64,000 nt of DNA from NCBI GenBank assembly GCA_030156535.1, contig JASGMJ010000009.1:74643-138642 (forward strand), written 5' to 3'. This document shows positions 8,457 through 17,869 of the stretch, piece after piece (within the stretch, counting starts at the first letter, position 1; every line of letters starts with the position of its first letter). Made by a program: the position numbers and the translations under genes. Below the pieces are notes generated by a model. The model ran no database searches, was not told the DNA's origin, and was given only the letters and a program-made list of their open reading frames with translations. This DNA is from Candidatus Sumerlaeota bacterium. Its GTDB lineage: Bacteria > Sumerlaeota > Sumerlaeia > SLMS01 > JAHLLQ01.

Positions 8457-9899
8457 TCAGTTCTGGTCCTTCACGGCTTCGAAGGCGGGTTTGTTGTCCG
8501 CCGCGGCGTACGCCACGGCACCCGTGATGATGTTGGCCTTCAGCAGGCTCATCAGCGAATCGTCCATCACCTGCATGCCCACCTTGCGGCCCGCCTGCAT
8601 GGCACTCGTCAGTTGATGAATCTTCGCATCGCGTATCAGCGACGAAACGCCGGACGTCACGATCAGCACTTCCAGGCACATCGCGAGTCCCTGGCCGTCG
8701 GCGCGCGGCAGCAGCAGTTGACTCAGGATGCCGCGGATCGACTCGCTGATCATCGTCGCCACCTGCGAGCGCTGGGCGGCGGGGTAGACGTCGAGAATGC
8801 GATTCACGGTGCGCCCTGCGCTTCCCGTATGCAGCGACCCGAAGACCAAGTGCCCCGTTTCCGCGGCCGAGATGGCGATCGAGATCGTCTCGATGTCGCG
8901 CAACTCCCCGATCATGATGATGTCCGGATCCTCGCGCAGGGCTGCGCGCAGCGATGCTCCGAACGACTCCGTGTGGGCGCCCACCTCGCGTTGCGTCACC
9001 TGACACCTGATCGGCTGATGAACGAACTCGATGGGGTCTTCCACCGTGATGATGTGGTCGTCGCGATTGCGATTCACCTCATGCACCATCGCGGCCAGCG
9101 TCGTCGTCTTGCCCGAGCGCGCCGGACCCGTCACCAGCACCATTCCCTGCTGGTAGTCTGGCAGGCGGCGCACCGCATCGGGCATTCCCAACTGCTCCAG
9201 CGTCGGGATCTCATTCGAAACGATGCGGTACACACCATCCCAGCCAAGACGCTGGCGGAAGGCGTTGCAGCGATGCCGCCCGATGCCTGGAATCTCGAGT
9301 GCAAAATCCAGATTCAACTGCTGGACCAGCATTTCGCGCTGCTGTTGTGTCAGAAGCTGGAAATTCAGTTTCTCCGACTGCTCCGGCGTCAGAGGGTCCA
9401 TTTCGAGATAATGGATGGCACCCCTCAGCCGCACGAACGGCGGGCGTCCCGTCGAAACGTGCAGGTCCGATGCGCCCCAATGGCGTGCCAGCCGCAACAT
9501 GTCCTTCAGCGTCTTCGGTTTGCTGGCGCTCGGTGTCGGCGTTGGGGCCGGGGCGGGAGGAGGCTGAACAGGCGGAGCCGTGGGTTCCGGAACAGCAGGT
9601 GGCGGTGTCTGGGGAGCAGGCTGCGGGGGAGACGTGGGCGCGGCCGGTGTTGCTGGCGCGACGTTCTCCGGTGGAGCAGATGACTCGGAAGGCTCGGCGG
9701 GTGATTGTGCGGCTTCCTGGGTTACAATACCCTGCAAAGCCTCCAACTGCTGAGGCGTCAGGAAATGCTTGGCCAGCATCACCTGCTCGGCCGTCGCATT
9801 GGGCGACAAGTCGAGCTCGCCGATAATGTACTGGTACTGCTTTTTTGTGATGAGCCGGTGGGCCAGTGCTGCTTCAAGGATGGGGTTGGGAGAACTCAC
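8457..9899 (-). CDS. pilT: PilT/PilU family ATPase with N-terminal helical domain and Pro-rich linker (third paralog)
   Basis: ASDLHV, GPARSGKTT, TVEDPIE, LREDPDIIMIGELRD, AETGHLVFGSLHT; ~125-aa N-terminal extension. Confidence 0.9.
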   Translation of the reverse strand: MSSPNPILEAALAHRLITKKQYQYIIGELDLSPNATAEQVMLAKHFLTPQQLEALQGIVTQEAAQSPAEPSESSAPPENVAPATPAAPTSPPQPAPQTPPPAVPEPTAPPVQPPPAPAPTPTPSASKPKTLKDMLRLARHWGASDLHVSTGRPPFVRLRGAIHYLEMDPLTPEQSEKLNFQLLTQQQREMLVQQLNLDFALEIPGIGRHRCNAFRQRLGWDGVYRIVSNEIPTLEQLGMPDAVRRLPDYQQGMVLVTGPARSGKTTTLAAMVHEVNRNRDDHIITVEDPIEFVHQPIRCQVTQREVGAHTESFGASLRAALREDPDIIMIGELRDIETISIAISAAETGHLVFGSLHTGSAGRTVNRILDVYPAAQRSQVATMISESIRGILSQLLLPRADGQGLAMCLEVLIVTSGVSSLIRDAKIHQLTSAMQAGRKVGMQVMDDSLMSLLKANIITGAVAYAAADNKPAFEAVKDQN

Positions 9900-10044
9900 G
9901 GATAGCCGCCACCGCCTGCAAGTTTGTCTTCATTTTCCACAAAGCCGGGTGCCATGCCGGGAAACCTGTTCTGTTCGCTGCCCGTCGAAAGCACACAACC
10001 ACGGAAGACAAAGAGGAGCCTGGCGCGAGCCCGCAGGTCGCTGC

Positions 10045-11397
10045 TCAGCCCCTCCGGTACTGGTCGACCGCGACGCAGAACGCCTTGTAGAAATCCTTGA
10101 TCGTGCGCATTTCCCACTCCGCCAGCAAGCCGTCCTCGTAGGTCTTGCGCACATCCGTGAACATCCCGATGAGCTGCTGGCGCATCTTTTCGAGCTGGTC
10201 GGGCGTCAACTCGCGCATGTCGCTCAGGCACAACGCAACGCGCCGGTCCTCGGGCGAAATCTCACTCGTTTCGACTTTCGGCACCGTCCCTGATGGCTGG
10301 GAATCAGCATTGGCGACGGCGGAACCGGGTGCGGGTGTGGCGGGTGCCGCCGGCACCTCGGGAAGGTCGGCCTGCTCCAGCCAATTGATGAAGTTGTTGG
10401 CGTCGGCGTCTTCCTCTTCCTCGGCTTCGGAGTGCTGAACAGCGGCGAGTTCCTCGGCCAGCTTTTCCCACTCGCGGGTTAGTTCCTGAACCTTGGTGCT
10501 GCCCGGCCGCAGTTCCCGCGCCTCCTCGAGAACGATGTTGGCCCGGTGCAGTTCGCGGGAGAGCAGCAGCAACTCCGCGCCCTTCTCGAACGCGTCTGCG
10601 GCCTGCCCCTTCTTCCCCGCCTCCTTGTGCGTCAGGCCCATCAGGAAATAGGCCATCCCGTTGTCCGCGTCCAGCTCCAGGATCGTGTTGATCGCTTCCT
10701 GTGCGCCTTTGATCTGGCCGTACTTCATGTAGAAGTCCACGACCCACTTGAGCTGCTCGGCGGCTGCGTCCGGGCGTCCCATGCGCGAAAACAGATAGGA
10801 CAGTTCCTTGCGCGCCTTCACGGCTCCGGGTTGCAGGACGATCAGGATGTTGTAGATCGACAGCGTCTTGTCGAGTTCTCCGCGCACGGCATAGGACTCC
10901 GCTGCCGCCAGATACTCGCGGTAGGCGTCGTCCTTGCGCCCGAGTTCGAGCATCAGCGCCGCCAGCTTGCAGCGCGTCACCTCGTTGCGCGGGTCCATCT
11001 GCACGGCCTGCTCCAAGTAGGGCAGAGCCTCCTCGTGCATCCCCTTGTTGATGTACATCTCGCCGCGGAACAGCAGGTCCGTCGACTTGTCTTCCTCACC
11101 AAAGAGGTTCTTCGTCACCTCTTCGATGTCACAGTCGTAGTACATCGCGACCAGTTCGATCAGCAGGCCGCCCTCATAGGCATCACACTGCGAGTACTGG
11201 CACTTGAACGTCTTCTCTTCCGTATCGATAATCATCGATTTGCGGACGAGATCCCGATGGATCGGGCAGTGAATGCGGATGATGTTCCCTTCCTGGTAGA
11301 TGGAAGCCTCAGTGAAGCCCATCCTCTTCAACACCACGAAGGGGTCGAGGGACGCGTTAAACGAATAGTCCGAATCTTTCAGTTCGAAGCGATACAT
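10045..11397 (-). CDS. CHC2 (DnaG-type) zinc-finger + TPR repeat protein
   Basis: HCPIHRD...FKCQYSQC...GGLLIELV, then multiple TPRs (EALPYLEQAVQMDPRN, ILELDADNGMAYFLMG); acidic/Pro linker and helical C-terminus. Confidence 0.8.
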   Translation of the reverse strand: MYRFELKDSDYSFNASLDPFVVLKRMGFTEASIYQEGNIIRIHCPIHRDLVRKSMIIDTEEKTFKCQYSQCDAYEGGLLIELVAMYYDCDIEEVTKNLFGEEDKSTDLLFRGEMYINKGMHEEALPYLEQAVQMDPRNEVTRCKLAALMLELGRKDDAYREYLAAAESYAVRGELDKTLSIYNILIVLQPGAVKARKELSYLFSRMGRPDAAAEQLKWVVDFYMKYGQIKGAQEAINTILELDADNGMAYFLMGLTHKEAGKKGQAADAFEKGAELLLLSRELHRANIVLEEARELRPGSTKVQELTREWEKLAEELAAVQHSEAEEEEDADANNFINWLEQADLPEVPAAPATPAPGSAVANADSQPSGTVPKVETSEISPEDRRVALCLSDMRELTPDQLEKMRQQLIGMFTDVRKTYEDGLLAEWEMRTIKDFYKAFCVAVDQYRRG

Positions 11398-11676
11398 GAA
11401 GACGCGCGCCGACCTCGGTTTAGTTTCAAGGGAATGCCGCGAAGGGGCACCTTTCGGTTTCGCCGCCAATCCCGTAATGTTCCATGACCTTAAGAACGGC
11501 CTGAAAGCGCGGCAAGCCTTTTCCCCCCACCCACGCAAGTCCGCTGAAGATCACGGCATTCTTTGATCCGGCCTGACTTGCCCGGCAGGCTGTTCAAACC
11601 CTTGCCTTGCTCTTGCTCCCCGGGCCTACGGGCAACATGCTTGTTCTCCGTTTCGCCGAGAGAGGAGCGCCAGTCC

Positions 11677-13488
11677 ATGCCCAATGCCGTCCCCAACCTG
11701 CGCGCCTTCCTTGAGCTGCTGCGCCGCGACCGCCAACTCGTGACGGTCGATGCTCTGGTGGATCCGGATCAGGAAATCGCCGAAATCCACCGGCGGGCGA
11801 TCGCCGCCAATGGCCCCGCGCTGCTCTTCACAAACGTCAAGGGGAGCCGCTATTCCGTCGTTACCAACCTGTTTGGCAGTGGCGAGCGCACCATCCGCGC
11901 CTTTGGCAACCGTCCGTTGGCCTTCATGAAGGAACTCGCCGAGCTGGCCCACGAGGCGTTGCCGCCCAAACCCGCCACCTTCTGGAACCACCGGGGCCTG
12001 CTCGCCCAGGGGCTGAAAGTCGGCCTGAGAACCGTTCGTCAAGCTCCCGTCTGCGAGGTCTCCGAGCGCCCGAAGCTGAGCGAAGTACCGCTGCTCAAGC
12101 TCTGGCCCGAGGACGGCGGCGCCTTCATGACACTCCCACTCGTCCTGACGACCAGCCCCAACGACGGAAAGCCCAACATGGGCATGTACCGCATCCAGCG
12201 GTTTAATGACCGCGAGACGGGCATTCACTGGCAGATCGGCAAGGGCGGCGGGTTTCACTATCACGAGGCCGAGGAACGGGGCGAGGCGTTGCCGCTGTCA
12301 CTCTTTGCAGGCGGCCCGCCGGCCCTGATTCTCGGAGCCATCGCTCCTCTCCCCGAAGGCATCCCGGAACTGATGCTTGCGTCGTTGCTGCTTGGCGGAC
12401 GCCTCCCCGTTCGCCGACTCAAGAACTGGCCGCACCCGATCCCGGCGGAATGCGAGTTCGCCTTCCTCGGGCACGTCCCGCCGAAGAAGCGCCGTGGCGA
12501 GGGGCCCTTTGGCGACCATTACGGCTACTACAGCCTCAAGCACCCCTACCCGGTGTTCCAGATCAAGAAGGTGTTCCACCGCAAGGATGCCATCTGGCCC
12601 GCCACCGTCGTTGGCAAGCCGCGCCAGGAGGACTTCTACATCGGCGATTTCCTCCAGGAATTCTTCAGCCCCATCTTCCCGCTCGTGATGCCGTCGATCA
12701 GCAAACTCTGGAGCTATGGCGAGACGGGCTTCCACTCGCTCGCCGCCGCCGTCGTGAAGGATCGCTATGCCCGCGAGGCGATGATGAGTGCGTTCCGCAT
12801 CCTCGGCGAAGGGCAGTTGTCGCTGACCAAGTTTCTGCTGGTGACGGATACGCCGATTGATTTGTGCGATTTCAAGACGACCCTTCGCCACTTCCTTGAA
12901 CGCATCCATTGGGAGACAGACCTGTTTGTGTTCTCCAATCTGTCGATGGACACGCTGGACTACACGGGCCCCGAGGTGAACAAGGGAAGCAAGGGCGTGA
13001 TGCTGGCCCTGGGGCCCGCCGTGCGGCAACTCCCTGGTGAATTCAGCGGAGTTCCCGCCAACAATGACGTGCGCGATGCGCGCGTCTATTGCCCGGGCTG
13101 CCTCGTCGTCGGCGGTCCATCGTTCGATGAGGATCGCAGCTTTCCCGAGCGAATCGCCCGCGACCCGGCCTTCGCCGACTGGCCCCTGGTTGTGGTCAGC
13201 GACCGGCCGAAGTGGGCAACGGCCAGCGACATGAACTTCCTGTGGACCACCTTCACGCGCTTCGAGCCGGGTGCCGACATCCATGCCCGCGAAAAACGCA
13301 TCGTGCGCAATCACATCGCCTGGTCCGGGCCACTCGTCATCGACGCACGCATCAAGCCGTGGTACCCAAAGGAAGTCTTTGCCGCGCCCGCAATTGCCGA
13401 ACGCGTCACGCAGCGCTGGCGTGAGTACTTCCCGTCGGGCAACGTTGAAATGGGCTCCAGCGACCGGGCGCATCTCGCTCCCGGTTGA
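11677..13488 (+). CDS. UbiD-family prFMN-dependent decarboxylase (menaquinone-pathway-like long form)
   Basis: LRAFLELL, GPALLF, NLFGS, NMGMYRIQ, EGPFGDHYGYYS, VGKPRQED, DTLDYTG; RBS GAGGAG. Confidence 0.9.
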   Translation: MPNAVPNLRAFLELLRRDRQLVTVDALVDPDQEIAEIHRRAIAANGPALLFTNVKGSRYSVVTNLFGSGERTIRAFGNRPLAFMKELAELAHEALPPKPATFWNHRGLLAQGLKVGLRTVRQAPVCEVSERPKLSEVPLLKLWPEDGGAFMTLPLVLTTSPNDGKPNMGMYRIQRFNDRETGIHWQIGKGGGFHYHEAEERGEALPLSLFAGGPPALILGAIAPLPEGIPELMLASLLLGGRLPVRRLKNWPHPIPAECEFAFLGHVPPKKRRGEGPFGDHYGYYSLKHPYPVFQIKKVFHRKDAIWPATVVGKPRQEDFYIGDFLQEFFSPIFPLVMPSISKLWSYGETGFHSLAAAVVKDRYAREAMMSAFRILGEGQLSLTKFLLVTDTPIDLCDFKTTLRHFLERIHWETDLFVFSNLSMDTLDYTGPEVNKGSKGVMLALGPAVRQLPGEFSGVPANNDVRDARVYCPGCLVVGGPSFDEDRSFPERIARDPAFADWPLVVVSDRPKWATASDMNFLWTTFTRFEPGADIHAREKRIVRNHIAWSGPLVIDARIKPWYPKEVFAAPAIAERVTQRWREYFPSGNVEMGSSDRAHLAPG

Positions 13489-13491
13489 GCA

Positions 13492-15186
13492 CTACCCCGT
13501 CGCCATCAACATTTCCGTGGCGAGTTCGAGCGTCTTGGTGCTGGCTGCTCCATTGAGAAGGCGTGCAACTTCAAGACGGCGTGCTTCCGCATCCATCACC
13601 TCGACAGTCACAAGCGTGCGTCCCTTGCGCTCCGATTTGCGCACGGCAAGATGGCGCCGGGCACGCGAGGCAATCGTGGGCTGATGCGTCACGCACAGCA
13701 CTTGCCGGTGAGCGCCAAGAGCCTCCAGTGTGTCCGCCAGCCGCACGGCCGCCTCGCCGCTGATCCCCGTATCGATTTCGTCAAACACCAACAGCGGCAC
13801 GCTCTCGGCCTCCGCCGCCAATGCGTGCAGAGCAAGCATCACCCGCGAGACTTCGCCCCCGGAGCCCACATCCGCAAGCGGTGCCAGTGACTCGCCCGCG
13901 TTCGCTGAAAAACGGAACTCGACACGCTCGGCCCCATCGGGAGCAATCCGGCGTCCTCCCACTTCGATTCCGTTCGCTACGGCCTCGAATGCCGCCTCGA
14001 AACGGGCACCGGGAAGAGCAAGGCTGCGGATGGCTTCCTGAATGCGGCGAGCAAACGCCTTCGCTCCCTTGCGCCTCAGCGCGGACAAGGCGTCCGCAGC
14101 ATCCGCGAGCTTCTGCTCGAAGATGGCCAGATCGCGCACGAGATCATCACGCTGCCCCTCCGTTCCGCAGATCGCCTCCCGCTCGGTCCGAAGCGAATCG
14201 AGCGTTTGAAGAATACCGTCGGCGCCCGTGCCGTACTTGCGTTCCAGCCGCCTGATGGCATCGAGCCGGCTTTCGATCTCATGCAGCCGTTGCGGGTCAT
14301 GTTCGAGACGGGCGGCGTAACTTTCGAGCTCGCGTGTGCTCTCCTGAAGAAGAGCGGCTGCCCCGTGAAGTTGCTCGAAGACCGGGTTGAGCGAAGAGTC
14401 GAGCGTAACAAGATGTCCGAGTTCGTGGAGCGCCTGGCCCATCAGGTCGCCCGCGCACGGGATCTCGCCGTCGGATTCGTGCAGAAGGCGCTGAAGAAGC
14501 GACACGCCCGACTGGAGCGCATCGACGTGCGCCAGCAGATCGCGTTGCTGGCGCAGCTCCGCGTCCTCGCCAGCCTCCAGCCCCAACTCCTCGATCTCGG
14601 CGATCTGGAAATTCAGGAAGTCGAGCCGCTGGCGGGTTTCGCGGTCGTCGCGTTGAAGCCTCTCCAACTGGGCCCGCGCCTCGGTCACGGCGCGGTGTGC
14701 CGAGGCCACCGCCTGCCTGGCGGCATCCGCCCCGGCGAGAGCATCGTAGAGTTCGCGCTGACGCGCCGGGCGGAGCAGCGCGTGGCTTTCGTGCTGCCCG
14801 TGCAGTTCCGCCAGATGCTCGCCGAATTCGGCGAGCTGGCGAATCGTGGCAAGCCGTCCATTGATCCACGCCCGGCTCTTTCCTTTGGCGAGGAGTTGGC
14901 GGCGCAGGAGAAGATCGTCTTCCACCGGGCCGAAACCGTGTTCGTCCAACCAGGCGCGCAGGGCCGGATGGTGTTCGAGATCGAAAATCCCCTCGATGTC
15001 CGCCGCGCGGGCACCGGTGCGAATGGCCGAAGGCTGGGCACGCTGGCCCAGAAGCAGGGCAAGGGCGTCGAGGACAACGGACTTGCCTGCTCCCGATTCG
15101 CCCGTCAGGACGTTGAGCCCCGGGCCCAGTTCCACTTCGAGTGATTCGACAACGGCGAGATTTTGAACGCGCAGCAGGGTGAGCAT
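13492..15186 (-). CDS. recN: DNA repair protein RecN
   Basis: LTGESGAGKS, ELHGQH, coiled coil, SGGEVSR, FDEIDTGISG, QVLCVTHQP. Confidence 0.95.
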   Translation of the reverse strand: MLTLLRVQNLAVVESLEVELGPGLNVLTGESGAGKSVVLDALALLLGQRAQPSAIRTGARAADIEGIFDLEHHPALRAWLDEHGFGPVEDDLLLRRQLLAKGKSRAWINGRLATIRQLAEFGEHLAELHGQHESHALLRPARQRELYDALAGADAARQAVASAHRAVTEARAQLERLQRDDRETRQRLDFLNFQIAEIEELGLEAGEDAELRQQRDLLAHVDALQSGVSLLQRLLHESDGEIPCAGDLMGQALHELGHLVTLDSSLNPVFEQLHGAAALLQESTRELESYAARLEHDPQRLHEIESRLDAIRRLERKYGTGADGILQTLDSLRTEREAICGTEGQRDDLVRDLAIFEQKLADAADALSALRRKGAKAFARRIQEAIRSLALPGARFEAAFEAVANGIEVGGRRIAPDGAERVEFRFSANAGESLAPLADVGSGGEVSRVMLALHALAAEAESVPLLVFDEIDTGISGEAAVRLADTLEALGAHRQVLCVTHQPTIASRARRHLAVRKSERKGRTLVTVEVMDAEARRLEVARLLNGAASTKTLELATEMLMATG

Positions 15187-15285
15187 CGCTCGAGAGCCTC
15201 CGTGCAAGTCGGAGGCGAATATTGGGCGAAAGCCCGGTGCTCGTCAAGTGAAAGGCGAAGAAAAAGCGGAGAGGGCTTCCCCGGA

Positions 15286-15948
15286 CTAACTCCGCACGGG
15301 GCGGCCGACGCGGCGCGGCACGACGCTGCGCCCCAGCTTCTTCTCAAGGCGCTTGATGAATGCCTTGCCGCCAAGGGCATAGCCGCCGCGCGTGGCGGCT
15401 TCGATTGCTGCGATTTCCTCTTCGGGTTGCGGCTTGGCGAGTTCGCGGACCCATCGACGTTTGGCCGCCGCGTCCATCCACGCCGTGCTCAGCAGCAGGC
15501 TGCTCTTCTTTCCGGTGCGGACGCTGGCGCTGCTCCATGCATAGCTCTCGGGTTTGCGGGCCGCGCGCGTGCGGACGGGTTGGCGCTCCACGTACTTCAC
15601 CACGGAGGCCGTCAGCGACTTCTCGACCGGGCAGGAAGAAAACCGGCTCTGCCAGACGGTGCCTGCCGTGCCTCGCCTTGCGTTCAGGGCCCGGCTGAAA
15701 GCGCTGTGCGTCCGCCGCAGGGCGAGCGACAGGCTCTCTTGCTTCTTCGGGACGAGAACGAGATGAACGGCATCCTTCAGCAGAGCGTACGCAAGCACCT
15801 CGACTTCAAGGTCGGCCGCATTTTGCTCCAGCAGATTGAGGTAGAGCTGGCGGTCCGTCCGATCAGAAAAGATCGTCTCGCCTTCGGCTGACTTCTGCAG
15901 AATGTGATGGGGACATCCGGGGACAATAATGCGGGCTTCTCGTGCCAT
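15286..15948 (-). mobile_element. REP-associated tyrosine transposase (RAYT/Y1_Tnp)-like protein with degenerate HUH motif
   Basis: MAREARIIVPGCPHHI, YALLKDAVHLVL (canonical YxLMxNHVHL), GTVWQSRF, YVERQPVR, YAWSSA, GRP C-terminus. Confidence 0.8.
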
Positions 15949-16087
15949 GATTTCCTCGCAGCGATGGTCTCGCTCTTCACGTTCGGGAACGAAACGCACT
16001 CACGACGGCACTCGCCCCTGTACACGTATGCACAGGGTAGAAGCAGCCAGCGGGCGAGACAACCAAAAGGTTCGGACGAATGCTCCG

Positions 16088-17869
16088 TCACTGATTTTGG
16101 GAACGCGGGTTCCCGGCTGATGCCGTGCGCAGAAGCAGCACCCATTGCTCGAACAATCGTTTGTAGCCTTCGGGGCGGATTTCGAAGACTCCCTTGGGAG
16201 TTCTCAGGGTGAACGACTCGCTGGCCTCCGTCCCCGTCTTCACATCCAGTTCCTCGAACCAGTAGACGGTTTCTCCCGCTTCGTTCTGAAAATCCAGACG
16301 GGCTTTGACGATCGGTTCACCGACGAGTGCCGAGATGCTCGTCCATTCCAGCTCTTCCACGATGCCCAGGAAATCCGCCACGGCCACGTCTGCCAGCACG
16401 TTGGCTGAGGAACCCTCCTGCCGCTGGATCCAGACGCCGTTGCGCTGTTCGATGGTGAAGCCTGTGCCCGTCGTGGGGTCCGAGTAGACGATGCGCTTCA
16501 CCTCACCCGTCCAGCCGTGATCGATCCGCTTGTCCTGGAGATCGGCGCGGAACGCCCGCACGAATTGCACACGCGTGGCGTCCACCTTCCAGACCGAGCC
16601 GTCCTGAACGCGCCGCATGAAGGCACTCCCCTCGGCGGGCTCCGTGATTCCAAGCTGCAATCCGTCGATCGTGCCGTCGGCACGCATCGCGAGCACCTGG
16701 TAGCTGACATCGCGGATGCCGAACTTCGCGCGCGCTTCCTCCGCCGTGGCAAAGTCCATCACCATCTCGCGGCCGCGCCATGCGTCCAGGGCACCGAGGA
16801 ACAACTCCAGCTTGCGCGGGTGGATCGGCACGTCTGGCGTGTCCTCGAACGTCCAGGTGCCCGACTCGTCACGCAGCAGCGTCATCCGCATCGATCCCGA
16901 CATCGTTTCGATGCGCGTGTAGCGATCCGTTGGCATCCAGAAGAAACGCTTGGTTCCCCAGTCGCTGCGCGACCGCACAAGCGGCTCGATGTACCCGGCG
17001 CGGACGATGGCAACGCCATCGTGCAACGGGCTCTGCACGTAGAACTGATCGGCGCCGGGAATCTTCCTGCCGATCGCGAGCGTGCGAGGTTCGGCGCCCT
17101 CCTGACTCAACTCGATGGCAAGACGCGGCGTCTCCAATCCCAGTTGGGCGGCTGGCGTTGTCGGGTCGTCGGCAATGTGCACGGCGTTGGCGGTTGCCAG
17201 GGTGCGGAGAGCCGTATCAACGAGCGATTCGTTCGCCGGTTGTTCCCACTCCTTGATCCACCATTGTCCCTCGGCGCGATTCAGTGTCAGGGACTCCTGC
17301 GGAAAGCGCAGCGCAATGCGGCTGACCCGTTCGGGCTCGATGGCGAGCAGTGACTTGTCGCGCAGGTGATCAATCGTCACGAGACCCTGATTGCGAATCC
17401 AATCGCCGACGGTGAAGACCTGCTTCTCGCCGCTCATCGTTGCATAGACGCGGCCGATGCGGTTCGCATCAGTGCCGAGAAGTAGCGTGTACTCCCCGTC
17501 GGTTCCGCGCACCGTCAGGCGGGGGAGAGGCGCGTCCAGTCCGTATTCCGCAAGGCTTTCGGGGGTGAATGGGGCGGACTTCTTCGAGGCATGAAGATTG
17601 TCGACAATGGTCTTCACCTGGGTGTCGCTGGCGCGCAGTTCACGTGGCTGCGTCATCCACCATTCCCCGTTGGGGCGGCGTTCGAGAACGAACTCGCCAT
17701 CGTCATTGACGATGCGCAGGAAAGTGGCTTCGACCGAATCGAATGGAATGATCCGGGCCGTCTCCACGACGCGCGAACGCTCGGCGATCTGGCGCCCGCG
17801 GTCGTACAGGAACAGGGCGAACAGAAGGCAGGCGGCCAGAGCCGCGATGATCGGCTTGCGTGGGCTCAT
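16088..17869 (-). CDS. DUF4340-type membrane-anchored protein with repeated domains
   Basis: N-terminal TM, repeated YGL/LGL-x-P and LxIG...Y motifs; ATGA overlap with upstream GldG-like gene, the usual context. Confidence 0.75.
   Translation of the reverse strand: MSPRKPIIAALAACLLFALFLYDRGRQIAERSRVVETARIIPFDSVEATFLRIVNDDGEFVLERRPNGEWWMTQPRELRASDTQVKTIVDNLHASKKSAPFTPESLAEYGLDAPLPRLTVRGTDGEYTLLLGTDANRIGRVYATMSGEKQVFTVGDWIRNQGLVTIDHLRDKSLLAIEPERVSRIALRFPQESLTLNRAEGQWWIKEWEQPANESLVDTALRTLATANAVHIADDPTTPAAQLGLETPRLAIELSQEGAEPRTLAIGRKIPGADQFYVQSPLHDGVAIVRAGYIEPLVRSRSDWGTKRFFWMPTDRYTRIETMSGSMRMTLLRDESGTWTFEDTPDVPIHPRKLELFLGALDAWRGREMVMDFATAEEARAKFGIRDVSYQVLAMRADGTIDGLQLGITEPAEGSAFMRRVQDGSVWKVDATRVQFVRAFRADLQDKRIDHGWTGEVKRIVYSDPTTGTGFTIEQRNGVWIQRQEGSSANVLADVAVADFLGIVEELEWTSISALVGEPIVKARLDFQNEAGETVYWFEELDVKTGTEASESFTLRTPKGVFEIRPEGYKRLFEQWVLLLRTASAGNPRSQNQ

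Noticed and set aside
8446-9006. Upstream extensions of ORFs 7357..9006, 28770..30653, 37861..39744, 59006..60814 and 59893..61626 (coordinates give the first example)
   Set aside because: Extensions overlap the preceding genes out of frame; downstream starts match the family N-termini
9939-9954. Sigma54-like TGGCAC...TTTGT upstream of the pilT pair
   Set aside because: Spacing is off by one and the -12 GC is absent
15187-16087. Active IS200/IS605 or RAYT-REP element
   Set aside because: HUH motif broken, no tnpB, no repeated REP units in the flanks
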